DNA of 32,000 nucleotides, taken from positions 60,001 to 92,000 of the forward strand of contig CP065004.1 of assembly GCA_016700135.1 (NCBI GenBank), read 5' to 3'. The notes under the pieces are model-generated. The model was not told where the DNA came from, did not search any database, and saw only the letters and a list, made by a program, of their open reading frames with translations. The DNA is from Candidatus Saccharimonadota bacterium. GTDB lineage: Bacteria; Patescibacteriota; Microgenomatia; UBA1406; GWC2-37-13. Numbering within the stretch: the stretch's first letter is position 1; every line of letters starts with the position of its first letter. The position numbers were made by a program, and so were the translations under genes. Shown here piece after piece: positions 8,417-15,999 of this stretch.

Positions 8417-8428
8417 TTGATGCATTCC

Positions 8429-8436
8429 ATTATACA
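8429..8436 (-). promoter_or_regulatory. extended -10 element (TGTATAAT) 12 nt upstream of tRNA-Ser(ACU)
   Basis: The reverse complement of attataca at 8429-8436 is TGTATAAT. No convincing -35 element. Confidence 0.35.
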
Positions 8437-8739
8437 AGAAGAATAACTTCATAGACTTGTCTAAATCGACTATTTTCACTGGATCATGAACGATTTGTAT
8501 ACTTTTTGAAAATATATGATATAATTACATATACTTAAGCTAATAAATCTGCTTAAATCATGTTTCGTTTCCGTCCGACTTCTTTTACGAAATCTACGTA
8601 ACAAACACTGTAATCTCACAAATCGAGAAGGTCATGCACATTATTGTTTATTGGACCTGTGATCTTGAGGAAAGCACCGTAAATACAAAAATTGTTTTAT
8701 GTTTGTAATTCAGCTGAGAATTTGAGCAGGTTTATTGGA

Positions 8740-9591
8740 TTAAGAACTTCCTTTGACACAAAAGAGGCTTGTATACCTTTCATCTTGCGCTGTGTAATTT
8801 TTCAGGAGTGCTGTTATGTTGACCGGATCTAATTGCTTGGTATTTTCATCAAGTTCATACAACGAAAAGCCCAGATCCCGGAGAAAAGTTAAAACAGTTT
8901 TCGTCGAAATCCCCGATCTTTTGAGTCCGATCGGCCAAAATTCAGTGATAATTTTCACAGAATCATTTCTCTTCAAAAGCTCCTGCATACCCTGTAATGC
9001 TAACCCTTCGGCTCCCTGTATATCCATTTTAATGAAGTCAAGGTGCTGATTTTTATCGAAGTAATCATCCAGCCTGATGCATTCAACATCAAGAATATCT
9101 CTCTCATCTCCTGAATTGTATATACGGTGATCACCTTTATTTTCTTCACATAAATACAACCGAACAGTCCCGGATTTATCAGAAACGGCTTTGGAAACAA
9201 GCACTACATTCTTGTATCCGTTCATCTCAACATTTTTCTTAAGTAATGCAAAATTTGTCGGGTCGGGTTCAAATGCAAATACCATACCTTTCTCTCCTAC
9301 AAGTCGTGCAAAAATGAGGGTATAGTATCCGATATTTGCTCCGATATCCAAGACAACATCACCTCTTTTAATTTCTTTTTGTACAATTTCCGTTTCAAAT
9401 TCCTCATAACTGCCGTTCAGGGAAAGACCGAGAGTGTCGTTTTTGTCAAGAAACATCTTGTGCCCGTGGATAAGAGCAACATCGGATTTTAAATGATTAA
9501 GAAGTAGATTAACAGGATACAAACCCCCGATGCCGGTACCCCGTAGAAGTGGGATTAGAGAGCGATATATAGCTATAAGGATGTGCTTCAT
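8740..9591 (-). CDS. FkbM-family SAM-dependent methyltransferase
   Basis: 283-aa ORF with the motif VVLDIGANIGYYTLIFARLVG...VFAFEPDPTNFALLKKNVEMNGYKNVVLVSKAVSDKSGTVRLY, typical of the FkbM methyltransferase domain. Confidence 0.85.
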   Translation of the reverse strand: MKHILIAIYRSLIPLLRGTGIGGLYPVNLLLNHLKSDVALIHGHKMFLDKNDTLGLSLNGSYEEFETEIVQKEIKRGDVVLDIGANIGYYTLIFARLVGEKGMVFAFEPDPTNFALLKKNVEMNGYKNVVLVSKAVSDKSGTVRLYLCEENKGDHRIYNSGDERDILDVECIRLDDYFDKNQHLDFIKMDIQGAEGLALQGMQELLKRNDSVKIITEFWPIGLKRSGISTKTVLTFLRDLGFSLYELDENTKQLDPVNITALLKNYTAQDERYTSLFCVKGSS

Positions 9592-9731
9592 TACGTTAGA
9601 TACGAGTATCGTAGAATTTTGCCCGAAAGCTAAAACACACCCTTACGATAAGTATCGTATGTTTCAGTATATAGATATTTATGTGAAAAACAGACGAAGA
9701 TTAAAAACGCACTGAATGCTATTATTAACAT

Positions 9732-10250
9732 ATGATGGGTCAGAAAAAATATATTACTCTAATTATCTCTCTTCTACTGATTATCATTCCGTTCATAGTA
9801 TTACCTCTGTTCCCCAGACGTGACGACCTGAGAGGTATCGATATTTTCGCATTTATCTCCATAGTAACGGGTTTTTTGACCTTTTCGGTTCTTGCGGTAT
9901 CACTCATAATCGGGTACTTCACCAGACAAAAGCTATCTTTGAAAAAGACTGCAGCGATTTTTCTTCTCACGGTACTAATCGAAATAGTAGTTTTACCTTT
10001 TGTACCATCGATAACGCAGTTTTTTCTTCATTCTGTCGGAATATATTTGGTCGAAGGACTGGATGATAAAATTTTTGGAGTTTACACAACAATTACCGAC
10101 AGTATATTAGCAGGCATACTGTATACCGTTGCAGGATATTTTATCTATTTTACTTCACCGCAAAAAAATATAAAAGCTTCCCTATTCCTCGGATTACTAC
10201 GAATGGTTGTGCCGATACTATTCGCACTCCCCTTTCTTGCAGCTGAATAA
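9732..10250 (+). CDS. hypothetical polytopic membrane protein
   Basis: 172-aa ORF with about five hydrophobic helices. No recognisable motif. Confidence 0.55.
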   Translation: MMGQKKYITLIISLLLIIIPFIVLPLFPRRDDLRGIDIFAFISIVTGFLTFSVLAVSLIIGYFTRQKLSLKKTAAIFLLTVLIEIVVLPFVPSITQFFLHSVGIYLVEGLDDKIFGVYTTITDSILAGILYTVAGYFIYFTSPQKNIKASLFLGLLRMVVPILFALPFLAAE

Positions 10251-10251
10251 G

Positions 10252-10650
10252 TTACGAAACTGGGTTTCGCCCGACTATTCGCGGCCCGAACAGAATGGCA
10301 ATCAGAACCAGCCCCCACACTCTTCCCTGAAGGATATTGTAATCTGCGAAAAGTTTTTCCCACGGATGACCGATCACATAATGCCCGAAAACAAACTCGA
10401 ATATGATTGTCGCAAGAAGCAGTTGCAAACCTATCTTCAATAACGCTCGAGCGTCATCAACGACCAATATTTTTCTGAAGAAGAAATACATCACACCGAA
10501 CATCACAAGGACATATGAGACAGTGCTGATAACATGTGCTAGATAATCACCTACCAACGGCTTATATCCGAACTCACGGACCGTACCGTTCAGGATGGCA
10601 AGAACGGCAAGAATCACCCATAGCAGAATAATCTTAATTGTCTTGTTCAT
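10252..10650 (-). CDS. hypothetical membrane protein (about 4 TM helices)
   Basis: 132-aa ORF. It overlaps the upstream gene's stop by 17 nt, suggesting an operon. Confidence 0.55.
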   Translation of the reverse strand: MNKTIKIILLWVILAVLAILNGTVREFGYKPLVGDYLAHVISTVSYVLVMFGVMYFFFRKILVVDDARALLKIGLQLLLATIIFEFVFGHYVIGHPWEKLFADYNILQGRVWGLVLIAILFGPRIVGRNPVS

Positions 10651-11326
10651 TTTCTGTACTTACCGGATACGGTAATGTAAATAAACTCTGATCCGTTGGC
10701 TCGGTATCCAATGAAGTAATGGTATAGGTGCTTGTGACCAAATCTGCTTCATCATCAGGTTTACGACTGGAAGTACGTGCTACTATTTTTGCAAGCTTTC
10801 CGTCTTGCACATAGTGTTTTACATCCTTCAAATAAAACTGCTGTTCCGCGTTCTCAATATCCCAAAGCTTATCCAGATCATACATTGTGACGTCATACCC
10901 TTCTTCTTTGGAGACTTCCTTTGAGAGATATTCTTTCGGCGTGAGAAATATTGCGTGATGCATAGCAGGCGGCATATATGAGATTTTCGAGGACTCATTA
11001 TCAACCTGTGCATGATACATTTGCTTTCCGTCAGGACTGATCATATGAAGCCTGGGAGTTCCGTCTTCGTTATACCAGGTGATTCTGTATTTATCACCGT
11101 CGAACCAGAACTCTCCCGTACTCTCTGCACCAATCCCGCTTTTAAATTGATACGTGCCGTGCATTACTGTTTGCTGTTTTTCTGATTTTTTATCTGACGT
11201 AGTTTCAGATTTCGATTTTGGGAATATAAAAATCACAACAATTCCAATAAGAAAGAGAAGAAGTAATAATATAAGCCAGAGATACTTTCGTTTTGGTGAT
11301 TTTTGTTCAACAGTTACCTGAGACAT
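10634..11326 (-). CDS. hypothetical N-terminally anchored extracytoplasmic protein
   Basis: 230-aa ORF with the TM helix YLWLILLLLLFLIGIVVIFIF followed by a soluble beta-rich domain. No motif assigned. Confidence 0.6.
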   Translation of the reverse strand: MSQVTVEQKSPKRKYLWLILLLLLFLIGIVVIFIFPKSKSETTSDKKSEKQQTVMHGTYQFKSGIGAESTGEFWFDGDKYRITWYNEDGTPRLHMISPDGKQMYHAQVDNESSKISYMPPAMHHAIFLTPKEYLSKEVSKEEGYDVTMYDLDKLWDIENAEQQFYLKDVKHYVQDGKLAKIVARTSSRKPDDEADLVTSTYTITSLDTEPTDQSLFTLPYPVSTENEQDN

Positions 11327-11411
11327 AGGCGGATATGGAATTATTAAGTAAAGAAACTAACTTTAATATACGCCTTGTGACAACTGAATTCAATATGAAG
11401 ATGTGATGTAG

Positions 11412-11523
11412 GAAATGCGGAGAGGGCGAGATTTCCCACGTCGCTTTCGCTCCTCTGGATAAACTTCTCATCTCGCCATTCTTCGCCAACCCCAGTGCTT
11501 TCAGCACTGAACTTGCCGAAATG
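11412..11523 (-). other. pseudo-3'-half module derived from tRNA-Ser(UGA)
   Basis: 22-nt exact direct repeat gaaatgcggagagggcgagatt at 11412-11433 and 11518-11539. In RNA sense the module reads CAUUUCGGCAAGUU, hairpin CAGUGC-UGAAA-GCACUG, GGGUUGGCGAAGAAUG, GCGAG, a 41-nt loop AUGAGAAGUUUAUCCAGAGGAGCGAAAGCGACGUGGGAAAU, then CUCGC CCUCUCC G. Confidence 0.6.
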
Positions 11524-11608
11524 CGGAGAGGGCGAGATTCGAACTCGCGGTCCCTTGCGGGACATCGGTTTTCAAGACCGACGCACTAGGCCACTATGCG
11601 ACCTCTCC
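11524..11608 (-). tRNA. tRNA-Ser(UGA), class II
   Basis: Hand fold:
- Acceptor 5' strand GGAGAGG, then UC
- D arm GCA-UAGUGGCCUAG-UGC, then G
- Anticodon arm UCGGU-CUUGAAA-ACCGA
- Variable arm UGUCCCGCAAGGGACC
- T arm GCGAG-UUCGAAU-CUCGC
- Acceptor 3' strand CCUCUCC, discriminator G
- No encoded CCA. Confidence 0.9.
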
Positions 11609-12014
11609 TGTACTAGCTGTTAGCGATTAGACGTTAGCTATTAGATTTTACTTTGTTAATTAAACCGTTCAATAATTTACCAACTTCGTTTATTTGATCT
11701 TCAATTTTACTATTCTCCTTTTTAAATAGAAAGCCTGCTATCTTTAAACAACCTAAAGTTTCGAACAATGATTTTCTTGCAATATACAAATATCTCTTAA
11801 ACTCTTTATCATTCTGAGACCCGGAGCCTTCAGCAATATTTAAGGGAACGGAAGTGACGGATCTTCTTATCTGATCTTTTAAACTATGATCATTAATACT
11901 CTCGGAAAACAGGTATACATTCCTTACCAATTCAAGAGATTTTTGCCACACGATCAGTTTTTCAAATTTGTACATCTCTATAGCTAATTGCTAAAAGCTA
12001 ATAGCTAAAACATG
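11609..12014 (-). other. IVS-like element: a long imperfect stem of TAGCT-rich arms (11609-11640 and 11976-12014) enclosing the four-helix-bundle ORF, lying between tRNA-Cys and tRNA-Ser
   Basis: The RNA 5' arm is GUUUUAGCUAUUAGCUUUUAGCAAUUAGCUAUAG and the 3' arm is UAAUAGCUAACGUCUAAUCGCUAACAGCUAGUAC. By hand alignment they pair at about 25 of 34 positions, in UUAGCU/AGCUAA blocks. Confidence 0.6.
11634..11975 (-). CDS. four-helix-bundle protein (23S rRNA intervening-sequence protein / Avd-like family)
   Basis: 113-aa ORF: MYKFEKLIVWQKSLELVRNVYLFSE...LKDQIRRSVTSVPLNIAEGSGSQNDKEFKRYLYIARKSLFETLGCLKIA. This matches the characteristic LxVWQKS...QxxRAxxSIxxNIAEG...F.xFLxIAxGS.xE pattern of that family. 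Confidence 0.85.
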   Translation of the reverse strand: MYKFEKLIVWQKSLELVRNVYLFSESINDHSLKDQIRRSVTSVPLNIAEGSGSQNDKEFKRYLYIARKSLFETLGCLKIAGFLFKKENSKIEDQINEVGKLLNGLINKVKSNS

Positions 12015-12086
12015 AGGCGCGGAGGGGAATCGAACCCCTGCGTGGGAGTTTTGCAGACTCCAGTGTTTCCACTTCACCACCGCGCC
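12015..12086 (-). tRNA. tRNA-Cys(GCA)
   Basis: Hand fold:
- Acceptor 5' strand GGCGCGG, then UG
- D arm GUG-AAGUGGAAA-CAC, then U
- Anticodon arm GGAGU-CUGCAAA-ACUCC
- Variable loop CACGC
- T arm AGGGG-UUCGAUU-CCCCU
- Acceptor 3' strand CCGCGCC, discriminator U. Confidence 0.9.
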
Positions 12087-12130
12087 GATGGTGACTTATA
12101 TTGTACCTTTACGTATTGTACAATACAACT

Positions 12131-13141
12131 ATGTCAAAAGTCACTGTAAAAGCCCCCGCAAACATTGCCTTTATCAAGTACTGGGGAAACACTGAAGACA
12201 ACCTTCCCCTGAACTCCAGTATCTCCATGACACTTGACGCCTGTCAGACTACGACGACAGTCGAGCTTACCGAAGAAAGATACGACATGATAGAGATAGC
12301 CTCGGAAAAAGGGAAATTTGAGGAACTGAAGAGGACATCGATAAAAGGTCTCAAAGCCTATGAACAAATCGAAAGAATCCGCAATTTGGCAGGAAAAACA
12401 GATCATGTTCATGTCAAATCCATAAACTCTTTTCCTTCAAGCGCAGGAATTGCATCGTCAGCGTCGGGATTTTGTGCATTGACTGCTGCATTGCTCCTTG
12501 TATACGGATTACAATCACAGTTTGATGATAAAAAAGAGCTTTCCAAACTTGTCCGCCTGAGCGGTTCGGGATCAGCCGCGCGCTCGGCCATGTCAGGATT
12601 TGTCGAGCTCATCGGCGGAGACGCACACCATGCTTCATATGCCGTACAGATCGCCGACGAAAAACACTGGGATTTGGCGGATGTGATCGCAATCATTGAC
12701 TCCGGCATGAAGAAAACTCCATCCTCTGAAGGTCATCGTACCGCAAACACCAGTCCGTATTTTGAAACCCGCCTGATAGAGATGAGAGACCGGATCAAAA
12801 ATGCCAGAAAAGCTCTCGTTGAAAAGAAACTCGAAAAACTGGGAAAAGCTATCGAACAGGATACAATTTCCATGCATACGGTGATGATGACATCAAAACC
12901 GCCTTTGTATTACTGGGCTCCCGGAACAGTAGAAGTGATAAACAATGTATTGAAATGGCGTGAAGAAGACAATCTTCAGGCCTATTTTTCCATCGATGCC
13001 GGAGCAAACGTGCATGTCATTTGCGAATACAAAGATGCCGAAGAGGTAAATGAGCGGTTGAAGAAACTAACTCTTGTACAATCAACCATTATTAACAAAC
13101 CGGCACCCGGAGTGCATCAAATTGAAGATCATTTATTCTAA
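12131..13141 (+). CDS. mvaD: diphosphomevalonate decarboxylase homolog (GHMP kinase superfamily; could instead be a phosphomevalonate decarboxylase)
   Basis: ORF 12101..13141 with an ATG at 12131. The N-terminus MSKVTVKAPANIAFIKYWGN is the hallmark MVD start. The GHMP motif SFPSSAGIASSASGF and the SGSGSAARS loop are both present. Confidence 0.85.
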   Translation: MSKVTVKAPANIAFIKYWGNTEDNLPLNSSISMTLDACQTTTTVELTEERYDMIEIASEKGKFEELKRTSIKGLKAYEQIERIRNLAGKTDHVHVKSINSFPSSAGIASSASGFCALTAALLLVYGLQSQFDDKKELSKLVRLSGSGSAARSAMSGFVELIGGDAHHASYAVQIADEKHWDLADVIAIIDSGMKKTPSSEGHRTANTSPYFETRLIEMRDRIKNARKALVEKKLEKLGKAIEQDTISMHTVMMTSKPPLYYWAPGTVEVINNVLKWREEDNLQAYFSIDAGANVHVICEYKDAEEVNERLKKLTLVQSTIINKPAPGVHQIEDHLF

Positions 13142-13145
13142 TTAT

Positions 13146-13940
13146 ATGAATATCACACTGCTCAAACTGGGAGGATCTCTCATTACTGATAAAGCAAAAC
13201 CATACACGACGCTTCCCGACCGTATTGAACGCATTGCAAAGGAAATCTCTGAAGCGCGCGGGGAAATGAAAAATGAGTACCTGATTCTCGGAAACGGGGC
13301 AGGTTCTTTCGCTCATCAATCAGCTGCCAAATATGATACGGTGCACGGTTTTATTGACGAACAAAGTTTATACGGCGCCTGTGTCGTACATGCTGATGCA
13401 ATGGAGCTGAACAGAATCATGGTACAGGCTTTTTTGAAGAAAAACCTTCCCGTTTTTTCAATCCAGCCTTCCGCTTTATATGTAGCAAAAGAAAAAACGG
13501 TTGTCACTGAACATATGAATATTGTCGAATCAATGCTGGAAAAAGAATATATCCCTTTTGTATACGGAGATGTCATAATTGATCAGAAACAGGGCTCAAC
13601 AATCTTCTCTACCGATACGATTTTCAAATATCTCGGATCGTTTCTTGCAGAAAAAGGTCATAGTGTCAGAATCATACATGCAGGCAGTTATCCCGGGGTT
13701 CTTGATCAAAGTAAAAACGTTATCCCCAAAATTACCCCTGAAATGCAGCCTGAACTGTCTCAAGTACTTTATCAACCCACGAATACTGATGTCACTGGCG
13801 GAATGAAACTCAAAGTCGAGGAAATGCTTGCACTGACACGACTGGGAGTTGAAAGCGTTATCATTGACGGCAAGAGTGAGGGTTCGATATACCAGGTACT
13901 TAAAGGTCACCGATCAGGAACTACCGTCTCTGCTTCCTAA
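13146..13940 (+). CDS. ipk: isopentenyl phosphate kinase (amino-acid-kinase fold)
   Basis: ATG at 13146, in frame with ORF 13074..13940 and 4 nt after the mvaD stop. The N-terminus is MNITLLKLGGSLITDKAKP. GNGAGSFAHQ, YGDVI and DVTGGM motifs are typical of IPK and the AAK family. Confidence 0.8.
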   Translation: MNITLLKLGGSLITDKAKPYTTLPDRIERIAKEISEARGEMKNEYLILGNGAGSFAHQSAAKYDTVHGFIDEQSLYGACVVHADAMELNRIMVQAFLKKNLPVFSIQPSALYVAKEKTVVTEHMNIVESMLEKEYIPFVYGDVIIDQKQGSTIFSTDTIFKYLGSFLAEKGHSVRIIHAGSYPGVLDQSKNVIPKITPEMQPELSQVLYQPTNTDVTGGMKLKVEEMLALTRLGVESVIIDGKSEGSIYQVLKGHRSGTTVSAS

Positions 13941-13955
13941 CTTTATAAATCCCGC

Positions 13956-13985
13956 TTGACATCCGCCATCGATTTTTCGTATTCT
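13956..13985 (+). promoter_or_regulatory. sigma-70-like promoter candidate (TTGACA, 18-nt spacer, TATTCT)
   Basis: TTGACA at 13956-13961 and TATTCT at 13980-13985. It lies upstream of the small ORF at 14015 and the NUDIX gene. Confidence 0.4.
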
Positions 13986-14014
13986 GTAGATATATTACCA
14001 TTTACAACATTACC

Positions 14015-14158
14015 ATGGCGAAAGCTACCAAGAAAAAAACACAACATCCGCAAGATAGTCCTGTCATCCAGGCAGGAATCATATTTGTAATTGTCTCAGC
14101 AATAGCGATTACAGCATACGTCTTTGCGAACTACTACACCGTCGGAGCCGGTTATTAA
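14015..14158 (+). CDS. possible small membrane protein (47 aa)
   Basis: Below the ORF-track size cutoff. Hand translation gives MAKATKKKTQHPQDSPVIQAGIIFVIVSAIAITAYVFANYYTVGAGY: a basic N-terminus followed by one TM helix. It sits downstream of the promoter candidate. Confidence 0.35.
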   Translation: MAKATKKKTQHPQDSPVIQAGIIFVIVSAIAITAYVFANYYTVGAGY

Positions 14159-14177
14159 TGCTCAATAATTACTACTG

Positions 14178-14603
14178 GTGATAACTGAAACTTCAGCTGG
14201 GGGTATTGTATATAAAAAAAACGGTGATCATTTTTTATGGCTTATTGTCCAACACAGAAAGGCTCTCCACTGGGGTTTTCCGAAAGGTCATATCGGCGAT
14301 CATGTTGAAAATGAACTGATGGAAGAAGCCGCACTGCGTGAAGTCAGCGAGGAAGGCGGAATCAAAGCAAGAATTGTCAAGGAAACCCCCATAAATACCA
14401 CATATTTTTTTAAACAAGGATCCGATCTGCATAAAAAAACGGTTCATTACTTTCTCATGGAATATGTTTCCGGGGATCCTGGTAATCATGATGATGAAGT
14501 TTCCAATGCTAAATTCGTTGAGACCGATGAAGCCTGGGATACTCTGACTTACAACACCGACAAAGAAGCTTTTTCAAAAATCCTTAAGGATATGAACACA
14601 TAA
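14178..14603 (+). CDS. NUDIX hydrolase
   Basis: 141-aa ORF with a GTG start. The Nudix box is GFPKGHIGDHVENELMEEAALREVSEEGGI (GX5EX7REUXEEXGU). Confidence 0.85.
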   Translation: MITETSAGGIVYKKNGDHFLWLIVQHRKALHWGFPKGHIGDHVENELMEEAALREVSEEGGIKARIVKETPINTTYFFKQGSDLHKKTVHYFLMEYVSGDPGNHDDEVSNAKFVETDEAWDTLTYNTDKEAFSKILKDMNT

Positions 14604-14644
14604 TCGTATGAATTTTTTACATTAATCCTGTTTAATGTCATCAC

Positions 14645-15220
14645 ATGGCAAAACTTCATTTCAAATACGGAGCAATGAACAGCGGCAAGAGCGATACTCT
14701 TATAAAGACCGCTTATAATTATAAAGAACGCGGCCTCAAAATTATTGTTATAAAGCCAAAAGTTGATACTAAAAGTGAAGATACTGTTGTCGCACGCGGC
14801 GGACACTCCTGCAAAGTCGACATTCTGGCGGATCAGGATACCGATCTACTTGCGGCAATACGGTCGTATAAAGATATTGCCTGTGTGCTGGTAGATGAAG
14901 CACAGTTTTTAAGTGAAAAGCAGATAAGTCAACTCTACCGGTGTGCAAAGCAAGATAACATTTCGGTGATCTGCTTCGGTTTGCGGGCTGATTTCAGAGC
15001 TGAGATGTTCCCTGGAAGTAAACGCCTTTTTGAAATTGCGGATAATATCGAAAAACTTCCAACCATGTGTTTTTGCGGATCACAGGCAGAATTTAATACC
15101 AGAAAAATTAACGGCAAATATACATTTACGGGAGAACAGGTGGCAATTGACGGAGATGATACGATCACCTATGATTCTTTGTGCGGAACATGCTATATGC
15201 GCGAAGGCGGAACAATCTGA
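14645..15220 (+). CDS. tdk: thymidine kinase
   Basis: 191-aa ORF. It has the P-loop GAMNSGKS, the VDEAQF motif, and C-terminal zinc-ribbon cysteines (CFCG...CGTC). Confidence 0.9.
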   Translation: MAKLHFKYGAMNSGKSDTLIKTAYNYKERGLKIIVIKPKVDTKSEDTVVARGGHSCKVDILADQDTDLLAAIRSYKDIACVLVDEAQFLSEKQISQLYRCAKQDNISVICFGLRADFRAEMFPGSKRLFEIADNIEKLPTMCFCGSQAEFNTRKINGKYTFTGEQVAIDGDDTITYDSLCGTCYMREGGTI

Positions 15221-15221
15221 G

Positions 15222-15485
15222 TTATTTCCCGTTTTTCTCACGATGTATGCATCCGGGCCAACAACACGGTCTCCGTTTACCTTTCAGCATATCTTCACGA
15301 ACTCGTCTTATGTGGTCTTCCCGTGTTTCCGCTTTCTTTACTGATGTAACCCAACAAATCCATTCATTACGGGCAAGAGGGGTGAGATCATTCCAGGCTT
15401 CTGTGATTTCCGATGAAGATAAAAGTGCATTGCGCAAGTCGTTCGGAATATCGTGTACTACTCCGGTCTCAAGAGTGTCTTTCAT
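15222..15485 (-). CDS. YdeI/OmpD-associated-family-like small protein
   Basis: 87-aa ORF with LTPLARNEWICWVTSVKKAETREDHIRRV...KRRPCCWPGCIHR, a pattern I associate with YdeI/DUF1801-type proteins. Confidence 0.6.
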   Translation of the reverse strand: MKDTLETGVVHDIPNDLRNALLSSSEITEAWNDLTPLARNEWICWVTSVKKAETREDHIRRVREDMLKGKRRPCCWPGCIHREKNGK

Positions 15486-15524
15486 AGTATCGGAAGATAA
15501 GTGATATTAAAAAACTCTTTTGTG

Positions 15525-15601
15525 TGAGCGGTGGAAGGGACTTCCCGCCTCAGCGGGATAAACTCCCCCTCGACCTCCCCGCCGTGGCGGGGCGTTCTAC
15601 C
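15525..15601 (-). other. pseudo-3'-portion of tRNA-Gly (D-loop to 3' end) with a replaced anticodon arm and an expanded T-loop
   Basis: The RNA reads GGUAGAACG, hairpin CCCCGC-CACG-GCGGGG, AGGUC, GAGGG, a 27-nt loop GGAGUUUAUCCCGCUGAGGCGGGAAGU, CCCUU, CCACCGC, U, CA. Three blocks are identical to the real tRNA: 15593-15601=15896-15904, 15567-15576=15869-15878, and 15525-15542=15847-15864. Confidence 0.65.
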
Positions 15602-15845
15602 GTTTCTTATCTATTAACTTTTTAAAACCCTTCCCGCCTTTATATGATTTGATTTGTAACTCTCTACGATAAGCTGTTGCTCTATCGGGATATTCTTCTG
15701 TATAGATCACAATAAAGGGACCTTTATTTTTTAATGAGTTGGTCTTATTGGAATTATGTTCGTTTAACCTACGTGGTAAATCGTTAGTAGAACCAATATA
15801 ATACTTGCCTGTAATCGTCGACTGAAGAATATAGACAGTATACAT
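15597..15845 (-). CDS. small GIY-YIG (URI-domain) nuclease
   Basis: The ATG at 15845 gives MYTVYILQSTITGKYYIGSTNDLPRRLNEHNSNK...YRRELQIKSYKGGKGF (GIY/YIG, R, E, N signature). The ORF-track extension to 15890 reads through tRNA-Gly and is rejected. Confidence 0.85.
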   Translation of the reverse strand: MYTVYILQSTITGKYYIGSTNDLPRRLNEHNSNKTNSLKNKGPFIVIYTEEYPDRATAYRRELQIKSYKGGKGFKKLIDKKR

Positions 15846-15848
15846 CTG

Positions 15849-15921
<73 letters not shown>

Positions 15922-15999
15922 AATTTTTAGCTGTCAGCTATTCGCAACTAGCTATTAGAATCCAGTAGCTAAAAGCTAATGATTTAAGAGCTAATAAAG
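15922..15999 (-). repeat. TAGCT-rich imperfect palindromic spacer between tRNA-Phe and tRNA-Gly (ORF-less IVS-like hairpin)
   Basis: Contains tttagctgtcagctattcgcaactagctattag ... agtagctaaaagctaatgatttaagagctaataaag. The outer arms (atttttagctgt / gagctaataaag) and the inner TAGCTA blocks are complementary. Confidence 0.5.

Noticed and set aside
8230-8430. 66-aa ORF on the minus strand (and ORFs 11307..11507 and 11344..11565)
   Set aside because: They read straight through the tRNA-Ser genes and their pseudo-3'-half modules. RNA genes explain the sequence better.
8437-8739. A roughly 300-nt AT-rich non-coding gap containing a tiny ORF (MFRFRPTSFTKST)
   Set aside because: I found no convincing structure, repeat or coding signal. 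It is most simply the FkbM 3' region plus the tRNA-Ser promoter region.
11440-11480. Hammerhead-like ribozyme core (GAUGAG ... CGAAAGC) inside the Ser(UGA) pseudo-half loop
   Set aside because: The CUGAUGA core is incomplete, and the elements are not conserved in the Ser(ACU) or Gly copies.
11634-11975. Diversity-generating retroelement (the four-helix-bundle protein is Avd-like)
   Set aside because: No reverse transcriptase gene and no template/variable repeat pair is visible anywhere in the window.
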